Positions 1-9,731 of a stretch of DNA of 64,000 bases are shown here, in pieces. The first letter of the stretch is position 1, and the number at the start of each line of letters is the position of its first letter. The notes beneath the pieces are model-generated. The model worked only from the letters and a program-made list of their open reading frames with translations. It did no database searches and was not told the DNA's origin. A program made the position numbers and the translations under genes. Source of the DNA: Patescibacteria group bacterium (GTDB lineage Bacteria > Patescibacteriota > Minisyncoccia > Ryanbacterales > GWA2-47-10b). The stretch lies in NCBI GenBank assembly GCA_038064855.1, contig JBBTSE010000007.1, forward strand, positions 87,699-151,698, in the 5' to 3' direction.

Positions 1-7
1 GAGTCCC

Positions 8-712
8 GTGTTGTTTTCTACATATAATGCAGGTGGTGCCAGTAACAAAATTAAGATGAATGGTCCGCACATATATCTTGCAACAGGGAATAATACTCAA
101 GAACTCCAGGTTGTAAATCCACTTGTTCCACTACGCATTTTAGATATTAACAATGATGGCATTATACGCATAGGATGTTTAGGTGACTCAAATACATTCA
201 ATTGGAGCAGGGCAAGATGGTGTGATTTTCTTGTTCAACAAATAGCCGTACAAACACCTGTGGGGAACAATAGCCCCGCATTTACGGGAGCTACTGTTAC
301 GCATAATCCAAAAGGGGGGCTCTGGGATGCATATGGACAAATGCCTATGGTATTGGCTGCCGGAGTTGATGTGATTATCTTACCCTTCGGCACTAACGAT
401 ATTAATTTGTTCCACCGAACTCCAGAGGAAATTGTTGCCGCATATTCTGAGAATAAAGCAACCGCAGAGGCGGCTGGATTCCCGGTATTTATCGCACTTA
501 CTCCGCCTTTGCAGGATGGAATTTTAGGGATTCCTCAGCCAGAGCGAGAGGCAACCAATAATCTTATCAAGCAAACATTTCCTTCTGAGTATATTATTGA
601 TTTTTCTTCCACTATGATCCCCGAAGATTACGGAGATTTGGTGCACATGAATAATTACGGTCAATTTGAGCGTGCCCGCAAGGCATACGAAAGATTCCTG
701 TACTCAGATTAG
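8..712 (+). CDS. SGNH/GDSL-family hydrolase (possibly 5'-partial at window edge)
   Basis: Translated ORF contains GDSNT (block I Ser) and GTNDI (block III) motifs typical of SGNH hydrolases; ORF starts 8 nt from window edge. Confidence 0.55.
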   Translation: MLFSTYNAGGASNKIKMNGPHIYLATGNNTQELQVVNPLVPLRILDINNDGIIRIGCLGDSNTFNWSRARWCDFLVQQIAVQTPVGNNSPAFTGATVTHNPKGGLWDAYGQMPMVLAAGVDVIILPFGTNDINLFHRTPEEIVAAYSENKATAEAAGFPVFIALTPPLQDGILGIPQPEREATNNLIKQTFPSEYIIDFSSTMIPEDYGDLVHMNNYGQFERARKAYERFLYSD

Positions 713-726
713 ATAACTATCTACGA

Positions 727-2010
727 GTGAAATATTTCTTTGTCGGCATCAAAGGCGTTGGCGTTGTGGGCATTGCCACGCTCTATAAAGAATGGGGGCA
801 TGAGGTTCTTGGCTCTGACACCGAGGAGGTATTTTTTACTGCCGAGATTTTGAAAAATCTCGGCATTTCGGTTGTTTCGTTTGATGTCTCTCATATAACC
901 GTTGATATATCGAAGGTTATTTACTCAAGCGCATACGGGGTGGATCATCCACAAGTGGCACGCGCCCGTGAACTTGGTATTCCCGTCGCCTCATATTCAG
1001 AGGCGCTTGCAGAACTTTTTAATACAAAAAAGGGGGTTGTAGTAACGGGAACGCATGGCAAGACGACAACGAGCGCGATGCTCGCGCGCGTTCTTGAAGA
1101 CGCGAGTTTTGACCCTACTGCCGTTATCGGCGGCGAGCTGGTCGAGTGGGGGCGCACGGTGCGTACGGGTTCTAGCGAGTGGATGGTGGTGGAGGGCGAT
1201 GAATATCAAGCAAAAATTTTAGCGCTCAAACCATATGCGGCACTGATTACCAATATCGAATACGATCATCCCGATTTCTATAAAAACGAAGAAGAATATA
1301 GGGCAGTATTTAGGCAGCTCGTGGCTTCAATGCCGCCCGAAGGTATTGTGGTAGCACACCAGAGTACCAAAGATCTTATTGAGGCATCCGGCACGAAAGC
1401 GCGTACGATATTTTTTAGCGAACTTGATCAATCAATCAATTTGACGCTTTGGGGCAAGCACAACCGTGAAAATGCTGCGGGCGTGTTGGCGCTTGCTGAT
1501 GCGTTGGGCGTCGAGCACGCGATCGCCACGAAGGCGCTAGCAGGTTTTCGCGGCACCAAACGCCGTATGGAACTCTATACTGATGCCGACGCACCGGTAG
1601 TCGTGCTCGATGACTATGCGCACCATCCGACCGAGATTCGCGCGACACTCTCTGCGTTGCGCAACCACTATGGCAATCGGCACATCATCGCTCTTTTTCA
1701 GCCACATACCTATTCACGCACCAAGACATTTCTTGCCGATTTCGCGACAGCGTTTGGTGATAGTGATGAGGTCGCGATTCTCGATGTCTATAGCTCCGCG
1801 CGCGAACAGGCAGGTGAGGTGACAGGGAAAAATCTTTTTGAAGAAGTAGCTAGGCACCATGCGCATGTGTCGTTTGCCTCTACTGTTGATGATGCGTTGG
1901 CATTTGTACGCGACAAGGCAAAGCAAGACTGCGTGGTAGTCACCATGGGTGCTGGCGACATATGGCGTGTAGCGGAGGCACTTTCTCGCGATCTACAGCA
2001 GGGGAATTGA
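727..2010 (+). CDS. murC: UDP-N-acetylmuramate--L-alanine ligase
   Basis: N-terminal FVGIKGVGV Rossmann motif and Mur-ligase P-loop GTHGKTTTSAML; ~427 aa Mur ligase architecture. Confidence 0.85.
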   Translation: MKYFFVGIKGVGVVGIATLYKEWGHEVLGSDTEEVFFTAEILKNLGISVVSFDVSHITVDISKVIYSSAYGVDHPQVARARELGIPVASYSEALAELFNTKKGVVVTGTHGKTTTSAMLARVLEDASFDPTAVIGGELVEWGRTVRTGSSEWMVVEGDEYQAKILALKPYAALITNIEYDHPDFYKNEEEYRAVFRQLVASMPPEGIVVAHQSTKDLIEASGTKARTIFFSELDQSINLTLWGKHNRENAAGVLALADALGVEHAIATKALAGFRGTKRRMELYTDADAPVVVLDDYAHHPTEIRATLSALRNHYGNRHIIALFQPHTYSRTKTFLADFATAFGDSDEVAILDVYSSAREQAGEVTGKNLFEEVARHHAHVSFASTVDDALAFVRDKAKQDCVVVTMGAGDIWRVAEALSRDLQQGN

Positions 2011-2913
2011 AAAGAGTGTTCCTTCCGAGAGTATAAAGAGTAGCTCGTTTTCGGGTGATACGAGAATATGAGGTTTTTTGCCACGAAAAATAGTAAATAT
2101 ATTGTGCCGGTCGCGCCCGTCAAGCTCGATAATATCTACGGTAGTGTCTGTAGCAACGACCAAAGCTTCTCGGTTAGGATAGAAAGCAATATTTCGTATC
2201 GTTTCCGCAAGAGTGATGAGCTTCGATTCATCGCGATCGGCATAGGTTGGTAGATACGCTTCGCCATCAAGCCATTTGATCCAGATGCTATGGTCGTCCC
2301 ACCAGACGATGCGTGACGGCTCGTAAGCAAAGGTTTTTATTTTTTTTGATGCGACAAAATCGCGAGCCGTTTTTGTATAGGTAGTGGTTGCCGTACTTAC
2401 TGCGTTTGCTGGTGGGAGCTTGGTGGTCGTCTGGGTATCGAGTGAAAAGAGATCAAAAGCGCGGCGCGGCTTCGTAAGGATCAGCGCTTGTTCATCGTCA
2501 TTGAGGAATTGTATGGAAATATATTCTCCGTGTGTGAGTTTTTGTGGTTTTTCAGTTGATACAAGTAAAGCTTCCGCGCGCACAACCTGGGCAGGATAGA
2601 CACGCAATGTTTTTTCCCATGTATGATAGCCATCTTTTTCAAGACGCACGCGGTATTTGCGCGGTGTGAGGCCCTGCAAAAAGAGCTCGCGCGAGAAAAT
2701 ATTTGTCTCCCGCTCGAGTGTGTTGTCGACAAAAATACGCACGCCGGTAGTGGGTGTAGGTGCTAGAGACAAGCCGCCCGCACGCACAATGCGCCATTTG
2801 ACAGACTCACGATCAAGTCGATATCCAAACGAATAGAAGATAAGAGGTATTCCCGAGAGCAAGAAGAGGCTCGTCAGCGTCCAAAAGAGGATTCTCCGGC
2901 GGTGCTTAGTCAT
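1993..2913 (-). CDS. membrane-anchored hypothetical protein with PEGA-like domain
   Basis: N-terminal TM helix (ILFWTLTSLFLLSGIPLIFY); segment YRVRLEKDGYHTWEKTLRV resembles PEGA domain; convergent 18-nt overlap with murC end. Confidence 0.4.
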   Translation of the reverse strand: MTKHRRRILFWTLTSLFLLSGIPLIFYSFGYRLDRESVKWRIVRAGGLSLAPTPTTGVRIFVDNTLERETNIFSRELFLQGLTPRKYRVRLEKDGYHTWEKTLRVYPAQVVRAEALLVSTEKPQKLTHGEYISIQFLNDDEQALILTKPRRAFDLFSLDTQTTTKLPPANAVSTATTTYTKTARDFVASKKIKTFAYEPSRIVWWDDHSIWIKWLDGEAYLPTYADRDESKLITLAETIRNIAFYPNREALVVATDTTVDIIELDGRDRHNIFTIFRGKKPHILVSPENELLFILSEGTLFSIPLL

Positions 2914-2972
2914 TACTATTGACTATAGGAATTCTTGCTCACAAGCGCAAGAACCCGTATGATGGGGCAACT

Positions 2973-4253
2973 ATGACAAAAGCTACTTTTCACATTTCTG
3001 GCTCATCAAAACCTTTGCGCGGTAGCATTGATGTGCGTGGCGCTAAAAACGATATTTTAAAAGGGCTCGCTGCAGTGTTACTCACAAAGGGCGATATCGC
3101 ATATAAAAATATGCCTCAAATAGAAGATGTTGATCGTACGCTCGAATTGCTTGCTGCGCTCGGTGTGCGAATGACTGGCAAAACCGCTCGCGCATGCATG
3201 CTCAACGCTTCACATATCAAAGGGCATATATTGCGTCGCGATATTGCTGAGCAAATTCGCGCATCCATTGTACTTGCGGGTCCGCTACTCGCGCGCCAAG
3301 GCAAGGTACGATTTCCATTTCCTGGCGGCTGTGTTCTTGGCAAACGACCCATTGATCTTTTTGTGCGGGGTTGGCAGGCGATGGGCGCGCGTGTACGCGT
3401 GGTCGATGATGAGTATGAGTTTTCCGCAAGCCGATTACACGGTGCGGATATTACTTTTTATAAAGTAAGCGTGACGGGTACTGAGGCAATGATGCTCTCA
3501 GCAGTACTCGCACATGGTACTACGACGCTTCGCAACGCCGCGCTCGAACCTGAGATCCCGCATCTGGCTGATTTTCTTAACTCGCTTGGCGCGCATATTA
3601 GTGGCGCTGGTACATCAACTATTGTCATTGAGGGTACGGGTGGGAGTGTACTCGAAGGCCCTGGTGAATTTGTGACATTACCCGACAGAATCGAAGCGGG
3701 AAGTTTTGCGGCACTTGCTGCGGCACGCGGTGGCAAGGTGAAAATTACTTCATGCAATCCCGAACATTTGGCGGTACCGATAGAGATTTTGCGTGAGATG
3801 GGTGTGCGCGTGACTGTTGGCAAAGATTTTATGCTTATCGAGCGTACGGGTAAGATAAAGCCTATCGATATGATTAAGACGCGTGAATATCCTGGATTCC
3901 CTACCGATCTACAAGCGCCATTTACGGTATTGCTTACGCGTGCTCAGGGCGCGAGCCTTGTGTTTGAAACAATCTTCGAAGGAAGGCTCGCGTATGTTGA
4001 CGATTTAAATCGCATGGGGGCTTATATCACTCCTTGCGATCCCCATCGCGTGTTGGTCAACGGTCCTACCGAACTTCGCGGAAGACGCGTGGAAAGCCCC
4101 GATATCCGCGCTGGTCTTGCATTCGTCATCGCGGCTGCTATTGCCAAGGGACCCTCGGTGCTCGAAGGTATTTATAAAATTGATAGGGGATATGAAAAAA
4201 TAGAGGCGCGTTTGCGCCGTATCGGGGTTGATATAGAGCGCAAAAAATCATAG
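2973..4253 (+). CDS. murA: UDP-N-acetylglucosamine 1-carboxyvinyltransferase
   Basis: EPSP-synthase-fold enzyme; N-term ATFHISGSSKPLRGSIDVRGAKNDIL matches MurA; start placed at internal Met (MTKATFHI) of the 2919 ORF. Confidence 0.88.
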   Translation: MTKATFHISGSSKPLRGSIDVRGAKNDILKGLAAVLLTKGDIAYKNMPQIEDVDRTLELLAALGVRMTGKTARACMLNASHIKGHILRRDIAEQIRASIVLAGPLLARQGKVRFPFPGGCVLGKRPIDLFVRGWQAMGARVRVVDDEYEFSASRLHGADITFYKVSVTGTEAMMLSAVLAHGTTTLRNAALEPEIPHLADFLNSLGAHISGAGTSTIVIEGTGGSVLEGPGEFVTLPDRIEAGSFAALAAARGGKVKITSCNPEHLAVPIEILREMGVRVTVGKDFMLIERTGKIKPIDMIKTREYPGFPTDLQAPFTVLLTRAQGASLVFETIFEGRLAYVDDLNRMGAYITPCDPHRVLVNGPTELRGRRVESPDIRAGLAFVIAAAIAKGPSVLEGIYKIDRGYEKIEARLRRIGVDIERKKS

Positions 4254-4266
4254 GGTAAGAACACGA

Positions 4267-5280
4267 ATGGGCTTTTTTACTAAACAACTGGGTATCGATC
4301 TCGGCACGGCAAACACACTGGTGTTTATACCGCGCAAAGGTGTCGTTCTCAACGAGCCATCAGTCGTTGCTATTTCCGTTTTAAACCATAGGGTGCTTGC
4401 GGTAGGTGATGAGGCAAAAGAAATGATTGGCCGTACACCCGAAAGTATCATTGCATATCGGCCACTTCGTGATGGCGTGATTGCTGATTATCGCGTAACC
4501 GAAGCGATGCTGCGCTATTTTATAAACAAGGCGCTCTCAAGTCCGCGTATTTTTAAACCCGAGGTGATGGTATCAGCACCCGCGGGCGTGACATCGACCG
4601 AGCGGCGAGCGGTGGTAGAGGCGGCTCTCAAAGCAGGCGCAAAAAACGCTTATGTGGTCAAGGAACCTATCTTGGCTGCTATTGGTGCAGGTATTCCTAT
4701 CCAAGAAGCGCGTGGCCATATGGTGGTAGACATTGGCGGTGGTACTACTGATGCCGCAGTCATTTCTTTGGGTGGTATCGTCGCCTCGACCTCGGCAAAA
4801 GTTGCGGGCAATAAAGTTGATCAGGCAATCACTGACTATATCAAAGAACGGTTTAACCTCGCGATTGGCGACCGTACCGCGGAAGATCTCAAAATTAGTA
4901 TTGGTTCGGCAGTACCGCTCAAAGAAGAGCTTGTCACTATCGTAAAGGGTCGCGACTATTTGACGGGTCTTCCACGGAGCGCTGAGATTAAGACCAATGA
5001 AATCGTAGAAGCCATCAAAGAGCCAATGGCCGAGATCATGAAGGCGATTAAACTTGTGTTGCAAGATACTCCTCCAGAACTTGCCGCAGATATAACGACT
5101 ACTGGCATCATGTTGACTGGTGGCGGGGCACTCTTACGCAATATTGATGAGCTGGTATATCGCTCGACCGGTGTGCCCGCACACATCGCCGAAGACCCAC
5201 TGTTATGTGTTGCGCGCGGCACGGGCAAGGCACTCGAACACCTCGAAACTTATAAAAAGAGTATTATGACCAAGCGCTAG
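4267..5280 (+). CDS. mreB: rod shape-determining protein MreB (paralog 1)
   Basis: Actin-fold motifs LGIDLGTANTLVF, VVDIGGGTTD, GIMLTGGGALL. Confidence 0.9.
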   Translation: MGFFTKQLGIDLGTANTLVFIPRKGVVLNEPSVVAISVLNHRVLAVGDEAKEMIGRTPESIIAYRPLRDGVIADYRVTEAMLRYFINKALSSPRIFKPEVMVSAPAGVTSTERRAVVEAALKAGAKNAYVVKEPILAAIGAGIPIQEARGHMVVDIGGGTTDAAVISLGGIVASTSAKVAGNKVDQAITDYIKERFNLAIGDRTAEDLKISIGSAVPLKEELVTIVKGRDYLTGLPRSAEIKTNEIVEAIKEPMAEIMKAIKLVLQDTPPELAADITTTGIMLTGGGALLRNIDELVYRSTGVPAHIAEDPLLCVARGTGKALEHLETYKKSIMTKR

Positions 5281-5281
5281 C

Positions 5282-5809
5282 ATGGCGCGCTCTCACGCAT
5301 ATTTTTTCTACGGCAGTGATACTCTAGCGCGTGACGCGGCACTCGTGGCCGCGCTTGACGAACTGGAGCCGCGTTTTCGTTTTCGCTTTGGTGAAGAAAA
5401 AGCCCTTGGTATCGATGACGCGCACGAAATCGCACGCAAGGCAACGCTCTCGGTAGGGGGCGATACACAAGCATTTGTGATACTGCAGGCAGATATGATG
5501 ACACACGAGGCCACGCAAGCCATGCTCAAGATACTTGAGGAGCCGCCGGCGGGTTCCGTGTTTTTTCTTGTTTCTGATTCTACGGATATTCCCGCTACTC
5601 TTCTGTCGCGTCTTACCACGCAATCTTTTTTGGGGCAGGGTGTATCGGGGGCACTCGCGCGCTTTGAAGACACGATACGCAAGACTGGCAAGGTGTCGCG
5701 CGCCAAGGCAGATAGTCTGCGTCGCCAGGGGCGTGTGGATATACTCCGTACCAACGCGCGCATAAGTGCACAATCTTTGGTAGAATATGAAGAGATATGC
5801 CGCGAATAG
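5282..5809 (+). CDS. short DNA polymerase III delta-prime (HolB)-like protein
   Basis: HAYFFYG N-terminus and LKILEEPP motif typical of HolB/DnaX clamp-loader subunits; only 175 aa, no P-loop, C-terminal domain absent. Confidence 0.45.
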   Translation: MARSHAYFFYGSDTLARDAALVAALDELEPRFRFRFGEEKALGIDDAHEIARKATLSVGGDTQAFVILQADMMTHEATQAMLKILEEPPAGSVFFLVSDSTDIPATLLSRLTTQSFLGQGVSGALARFEDTIRKTGKVSRAKADSLRRQGRVDILRTNARISAQSLVEYEEICRE

Positions 5810-6873
5810 TTATTGTATTTCTTATCATTATCGGTGTGGCGTTGGCGGGCACTTTGGTGACCTTTATTGTATTGCGTAACCAGCCAGCCACACCAACGCC
5901 CGTAAAAGAAACATCCGTCGTCAAAGACGCTCACCTTTTTTTCTCTGATGACGGCGGTGCAGCATGGAAGGGTGTCGCAGGTTTGGGTCAGGGAGTTCCT
6001 CGAGTTCTCGCCTTTAAGTCCGGTGGATCGGGGCAGCTCTATATTGGCACTGAACGAGGAGGTCTCTTTATTGTACGCGCGGGATCAGATAGCGCAGAAC
6101 ATGTGCGTGATCCCAAGGGCGTTCTTGCCGATGACGCGCGTATCACTGCACTCGCCCAAAATGCTAGCGGCACGCAACTTTTTATTGGTGCTACGCAAAA
6201 TAATCGCGCGCGTGTGATACGACTTACCGAAGAGACGGCGCAAGAAATTTTTACGGCCGCGCTCGACCGTTTTGATGTGATAGGACTTGCGGTAGATCAA
6301 GGGGATGCCGCGCATATCACTATTGCGGTTGCCGATGGTACGATTTTTGAAACGCGCGACGGAGGCAAGTCGCGTTCATGGGAGCCCATCTCACGCATCG
6401 GTACGGGCATCGCGCGTTTTTGGGATGATGGTGAGCCTGATGGTATTGTGTGGGCGCTTGATAGTAAGGGGTCCTTGTTTCAATCCGATAGTCGTGGAAG
6501 ACTATGGAAGGAATTACCCCGTGTCGCGTTTGATGGGGTCAAGGTTTCAAAAATATATCAGCTTCTCTTCCACCCCATGCGTCGAGCACTTTTTGCCGCT
6601 ACCAATTATGGTTTAGGTGAGTCGCGCGACGAGGGCTTCTCGTGGGTCTCCATCCGTATGCCCATACCTGCGGGTGCAGTACCCATCACGACTATTGTTA
6701 CGCATCCTCATTTCGCCGAAGTCTTTTGGACGACATCGGGCAATCAAATATATCGTACTGACGATAGTGGCATCACCTGGCGCCAAACCGCATTGCCTGA
6801 GAAAAAAGATATTATCATACTCGCACTCGACCCTAATCAACCAAAACATTTATATGCAGGAACTGCTCAATAA
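5797..6873 (+). CDS. membrane-anchored BNR/Ycf48-like beta-propeller protein
   Basis: N-terminal TM helix; repeated BNR-like motifs SDDGGAAWK, TRDGGKSRSW, TDDSGITWRQ. Confidence 0.5.
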   Translation: MPRIVIVFLIIIGVALAGTLVTFIVLRNQPATPTPVKETSVVKDAHLFFSDDGGAAWKGVAGLGQGVPRVLAFKSGGSGQLYIGTERGGLFIVRAGSDSAEHVRDPKGVLADDARITALAQNASGTQLFIGATQNNRARVIRLTEETAQEIFTAALDRFDVIGLAVDQGDAAHITIAVADGTIFETRDGGKSRSWEPISRIGTGIARFWDDGEPDGIVWALDSKGSLFQSDSRGRLWKELPRVAFDGVKVSKIYQLLFHPMRRALFAATNYGLGESRDEGFSWVSIRMPIPAGAVPITTIVTHPHFAEVFWTTSGNQIYRTDDSGITWRQTALPEKKDIIILALDPNQPKHLYAGTAQ

Positions 6874-7405
6874 TACAAAAAAAGAACTCGAATCAACACT
6901 CGCGCGCCTCAATGCTGATATTTCAGTGATTCATTCGGCACGCGCTACCCCAGCGCTTGTTGAAAATATTTTAGTGCCTGCCTATGGCAACAAGATGCCG
7001 CTTCGCGAGCTTGCCTCGTTGTCGGTGCCTGATGCGCGCACCATTATCGTACAGCCATGGGATGTATCAGTATTGTCCGAGATTCAAAATGCTTTTGCCT
7101 CGTCAAATTTTGGTTTCGGCGTGACGGTCGAAGAGAAGTTTATCCGTCTTACATTGCCACAGCTTTCCGAGGAGCGTAGAGGTGAGATTTTAAAAATACT
7201 CGGGCGCAAGGTGGAGGACATACGCATTAGTGTGCGTAGGATACGCGATCATGCGATGAAATCAGTCGAAGATATGGAGCGAAGTAAAACTATTTCTGAA
7301 GATATGAAATTTCGCACTAGAGAAAGCGTACAAAAACTCGTCGATGAGTTTAATAAAAAAATTCTTGCCGCAGAAGAAAAAAAGGCAAAGGAGATTGAAG
7401 GTTAG
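6854..7405 (+). CDS. frr: ribosome recycling factor
   Basis: 183-aa product from internal Met (MQELLNNTKKELES...) matches RRF length and sequence pattern; upstream part of the 6617 ORF overlaps previous gene and is not RRF-like. Confidence 0.85.
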   Translation: MQELLNNTKKELESTLARLNADISVIHSARATPALVENILVPAYGNKMPLRELASLSVPDARTIIVQPWDVSVLSEIQNAFASSNFGFGVTVEEKFIRLTLPQLSEERRGEILKILGRKVEDIRISVRRIRDHAMKSVEDMERSKTISEDMKFRTRESVQKLVDEFNKKILAAEEKKAKEIEG

Positions 7406-7407
7406 AT

Positions 7408-8457
7408 ATGGGCATCATCGAAGGAGCTCTGATTTTTATCGTTGTCGTACTACTGCTGGTAGTATCACACGAGCTTGGGCATTTTTTGACGGCCAAATGG
7501 TTTGGTATACGCGTTGATGAGTTTGGCGTGGGTCTCCCTCCGCGCATGTTTGGTATCAAGAGAGGCGAGACGCTCTACTCAATCAATTGGTTGCCGTTTG
7601 GCGGGTTTGTGCGCATTTTTGGTGAAGACGAGGACAAGGACGATCCGCGCAGTTTTTCGTCACGCGGTATCGGTGTAAAGTCGCTTATTGTAGCCGCGGG
7701 CGTTATCGCTAATGTTGTCGTCGGGTTTTTGATTTTATCGTATATCTCGTGGTACGGCGTACCGCGCTTTGAGGTTGCTATCGAAGAAGTTATGCCAGAT
7801 ACACCCGCCCAACTCGCAGGTTTTCTTCCCGGAGATCGTATCGTAGGGTTTGAGGGTAATCGTCTTGAGAGCGTCAATGTCGCTGAGGTCCATATGTATA
7901 TCGATAGCAAGCGAGGCCGTCAAGCTGAATTTTTGGTAATGCGTGGGTCTAGTGAGCTCCGTGTGTTCGCGGGTCCCCGCATAACCCCGCCCGAAGGCCA
8001 AGGCGCGCTCGGCGTGCGCATCAACAATATCCAAACTGATATTATTCGCAAATCGGTTTTAGAGGCACCGTTCGCCGGCGCGAAAATGACGGGCAATTTC
8101 TTGAAACTTATCGCAGAGGGTATGGTCGCGTTTTTCGGTAGTCTGTTTACCGGCGCCGAAGTACCGGGTGAGGTGGTAGGACCGATAGGTATCGCGGGTG
8201 TCGCACAGGAAACCTTTCGTATCGGTGTTCGTGAGTTCCTGTTTCTTATTGCATTGTTGTCATTACACTTGGCTGTCATCAATATCTTACCGATTCCAGC
8301 GCTCGATGGCGGGCGCATCGCATTCTTTGTAGTTGAGAAAATCATTCGCCGACCCATCCCGCCGCGCGTTGCGGGGTATATCCATTCGTTTTTCTTCTTG
8401 ATCCTTATTGGGTTTCTTCTCTGGGTAAGCTGGCAGGATATCGCTCGGCTGATATAA
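7408..8457 (+). CDS. rseP: RIP metalloprotease RseP (site-2 protease, M50)
   Basis: HELGHFLTAKWFG zinc-binding motif at N-terminus, PDZ-like middle, C-terminal LDGG motif; 4 TM segments. Confidence 0.85.
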   Translation: MGIIEGALIFIVVVLLLVVSHELGHFLTAKWFGIRVDEFGVGLPPRMFGIKRGETLYSINWLPFGGFVRIFGEDEDKDDPRSFSSRGIGVKSLIVAAGVIANVVVGFLILSYISWYGVPRFEVAIEEVMPDTPAQLAGFLPGDRIVGFEGNRLESVNVAEVHMYIDSKRGRQAEFLVMRGSSELRVFAGPRITPPEGQGALGVRINNIQTDIIRKSVLEAPFAGAKMTGNFLKLIAEGMVAFFGSLFTGAEVPGEVVGPIGIAGVAQETFRIGVREFLFLIALLSLHLAVINILPIPALDGGRIAFFVVEKIIRRPIPPRVAGYIHSFFFLILIGFLLWVSWQDIARLI

Positions 8458-8504
8458 GTTATTCAGGTATTTTCAATTTGGGGGGTGGGTGCTACTATAC
8501 CCCC

Positions 8505-9731
8505 ATGCTGCAGTCACATTTGTTTGCAAAAACGCTTCGAGAAGCACCAAAAGATGATGTAAGTGTCAATGCCGAACTTTTGATTCGAGGTGGATTTGTC
8601 GATAAATTGGTTGCCGGTGTTTGGACTTTTTTGCCGCTGGGTTGGCGCGTTCTTGAAAATATCAATACCATCATTCGCGAAGAGATGAACGCTATTGGTG
8701 GGGTAGAGCTTCATATGCCGACCTTGCAACCGCGTGATTTGTGGGAAACCACTGATCGTTGGAAGGTTGAAGAAATGTACAAACTACAAGACCGAAGCGG
8801 ACGCAACATGGGTCTCGGTTGGACGCACGAGGAAGCGGTGACAAAAATCGCACTTTCACATATCAGTTCGTATCGTGATCTTCCGCAGTATGTCTATCAG
8901 ATACAGACAAAGTTTCGTGATGAGCCACGCGCCAAATCAGGCGTCATCCGTGGACGCGAATTTTTGATGAAAGATTTATATAGTTTTAGTAAGACGCGTG
9001 AAGAGCTCGATGCGTTTTATGAGATTACAAAAGGCGCGTATTATAAAATATTTGAACGCGTGGGGCTTACTGCCTACTGTGTAGAGGCGTCAGGTGGTGC
9101 GTTTACCAAAGAATATTCCCATGAGTTTCAGGTGGTATCCGAGGCAGGTGAGGATGAAATTATTTATTGCAAAGAATGCGCCTTTGCCCGCAACAAAGAG
9201 GTGATTGGTGATGTGACCGCATGTCCAAATTGTAAAAAACCGCTTTCGTCAAATAAAAGCATCGAGGTAGGCAATATCTTTAAGCTCGGTACCAAGTTTT
9301 CCGAGGCATTTGGCCTTTCGTTTACCGACGAAAAAGGTGAGAAAAAGCCCGTGGTGATGGGGTCGTATGGCATTGGCCCTGGCCGGCTTGTAGGTACCAT
9401 CGTAGAGGTTTCTCACGATGATCGCGGTATTATTTGGCCTGAATCGGTAGCGCCATTTCGCGTGCATGTACTTGCCCTGTCACCATCAGTAAGGGAAGAG
9501 GCGCAAAAAGCGATCTTTGATCTTGAACAAAAAAGCGTTGAGGTTCTCTTTGACGATCGCGAAGGCAAGACGCCGGGCGAGCGATTTTCCGATGCGGATC
9601 TCATCGGTATTCCGTGGCGCGTGGTGATTTCTGAGAAAACGGTTAAGGAGGGCAAGATCGAGGTAAAAAAACGAACAGAGTCCGATGCAACATTAATGGA
9701 TACCGCATCGTTTATAAAGTTAGTATGCTAG
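8505..9731 (+). CDS. proS: prolyl-tRNA synthetase (INS editing domain replaced by Zn-ribbon)
   Basis: AKTLREAPKD N-term, class II motif 2 FRDEPRAKSGVIRGREFLMKDLYSF, motif 3 GIGPGRL; Cys4 ribbon CKEC...CPNC where bacterial INS domain normally sits. Confidence 0.85.
   Translation: MLQSHLFAKTLREAPKDDVSVNAELLIRGGFVDKLVAGVWTFLPLGWRVLENINTIIREEMNAIGGVELHMPTLQPRDLWETTDRWKVEEMYKLQDRSGRNMGLGWTHEEAVTKIALSHISSYRDLPQYVYQIQTKFRDEPRAKSGVIRGREFLMKDLYSFSKTREELDAFYEITKGAYYKIFERVGLTAYCVEASGGAFTKEYSHEFQVVSEAGEDEIIYCKECAFARNKEVIGDVTACPNCKKPLSSNKSIEVGNIFKLGTKFSEAFGLSFTDEKGEKKPVVMGSYGIGPGRLVGTIVEVSHDDRGIIWPESVAPFRVHVLALSPSVREEAQKAIFDLEQKSVEVLFDDREGKTPGERFSDADLIGIPWRVVISEKTVKEGKIEVKKRTESDATLMDTASFIKLVC

Noticed and set aside
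945-1822. Several 70-aa ORFs on both strands inside murC (945-1157, 997-1209, 1436-1648, 1610-1822, 1714-1926)
   Set aside because: Embedded in or antisense to a well-supported Mur ligase gene. Arg/Ser/Ala-rich low-complexity translations typical of GC-rich shadow frames.
5308-5934. 208-aa and 149-aa minus-strand ORFs overlapping the holB-like gene
   Set aside because: Antisense to better-supported + strand genes. Ser/Arg-rich composition typical of shadow ORFs, with no motifs.
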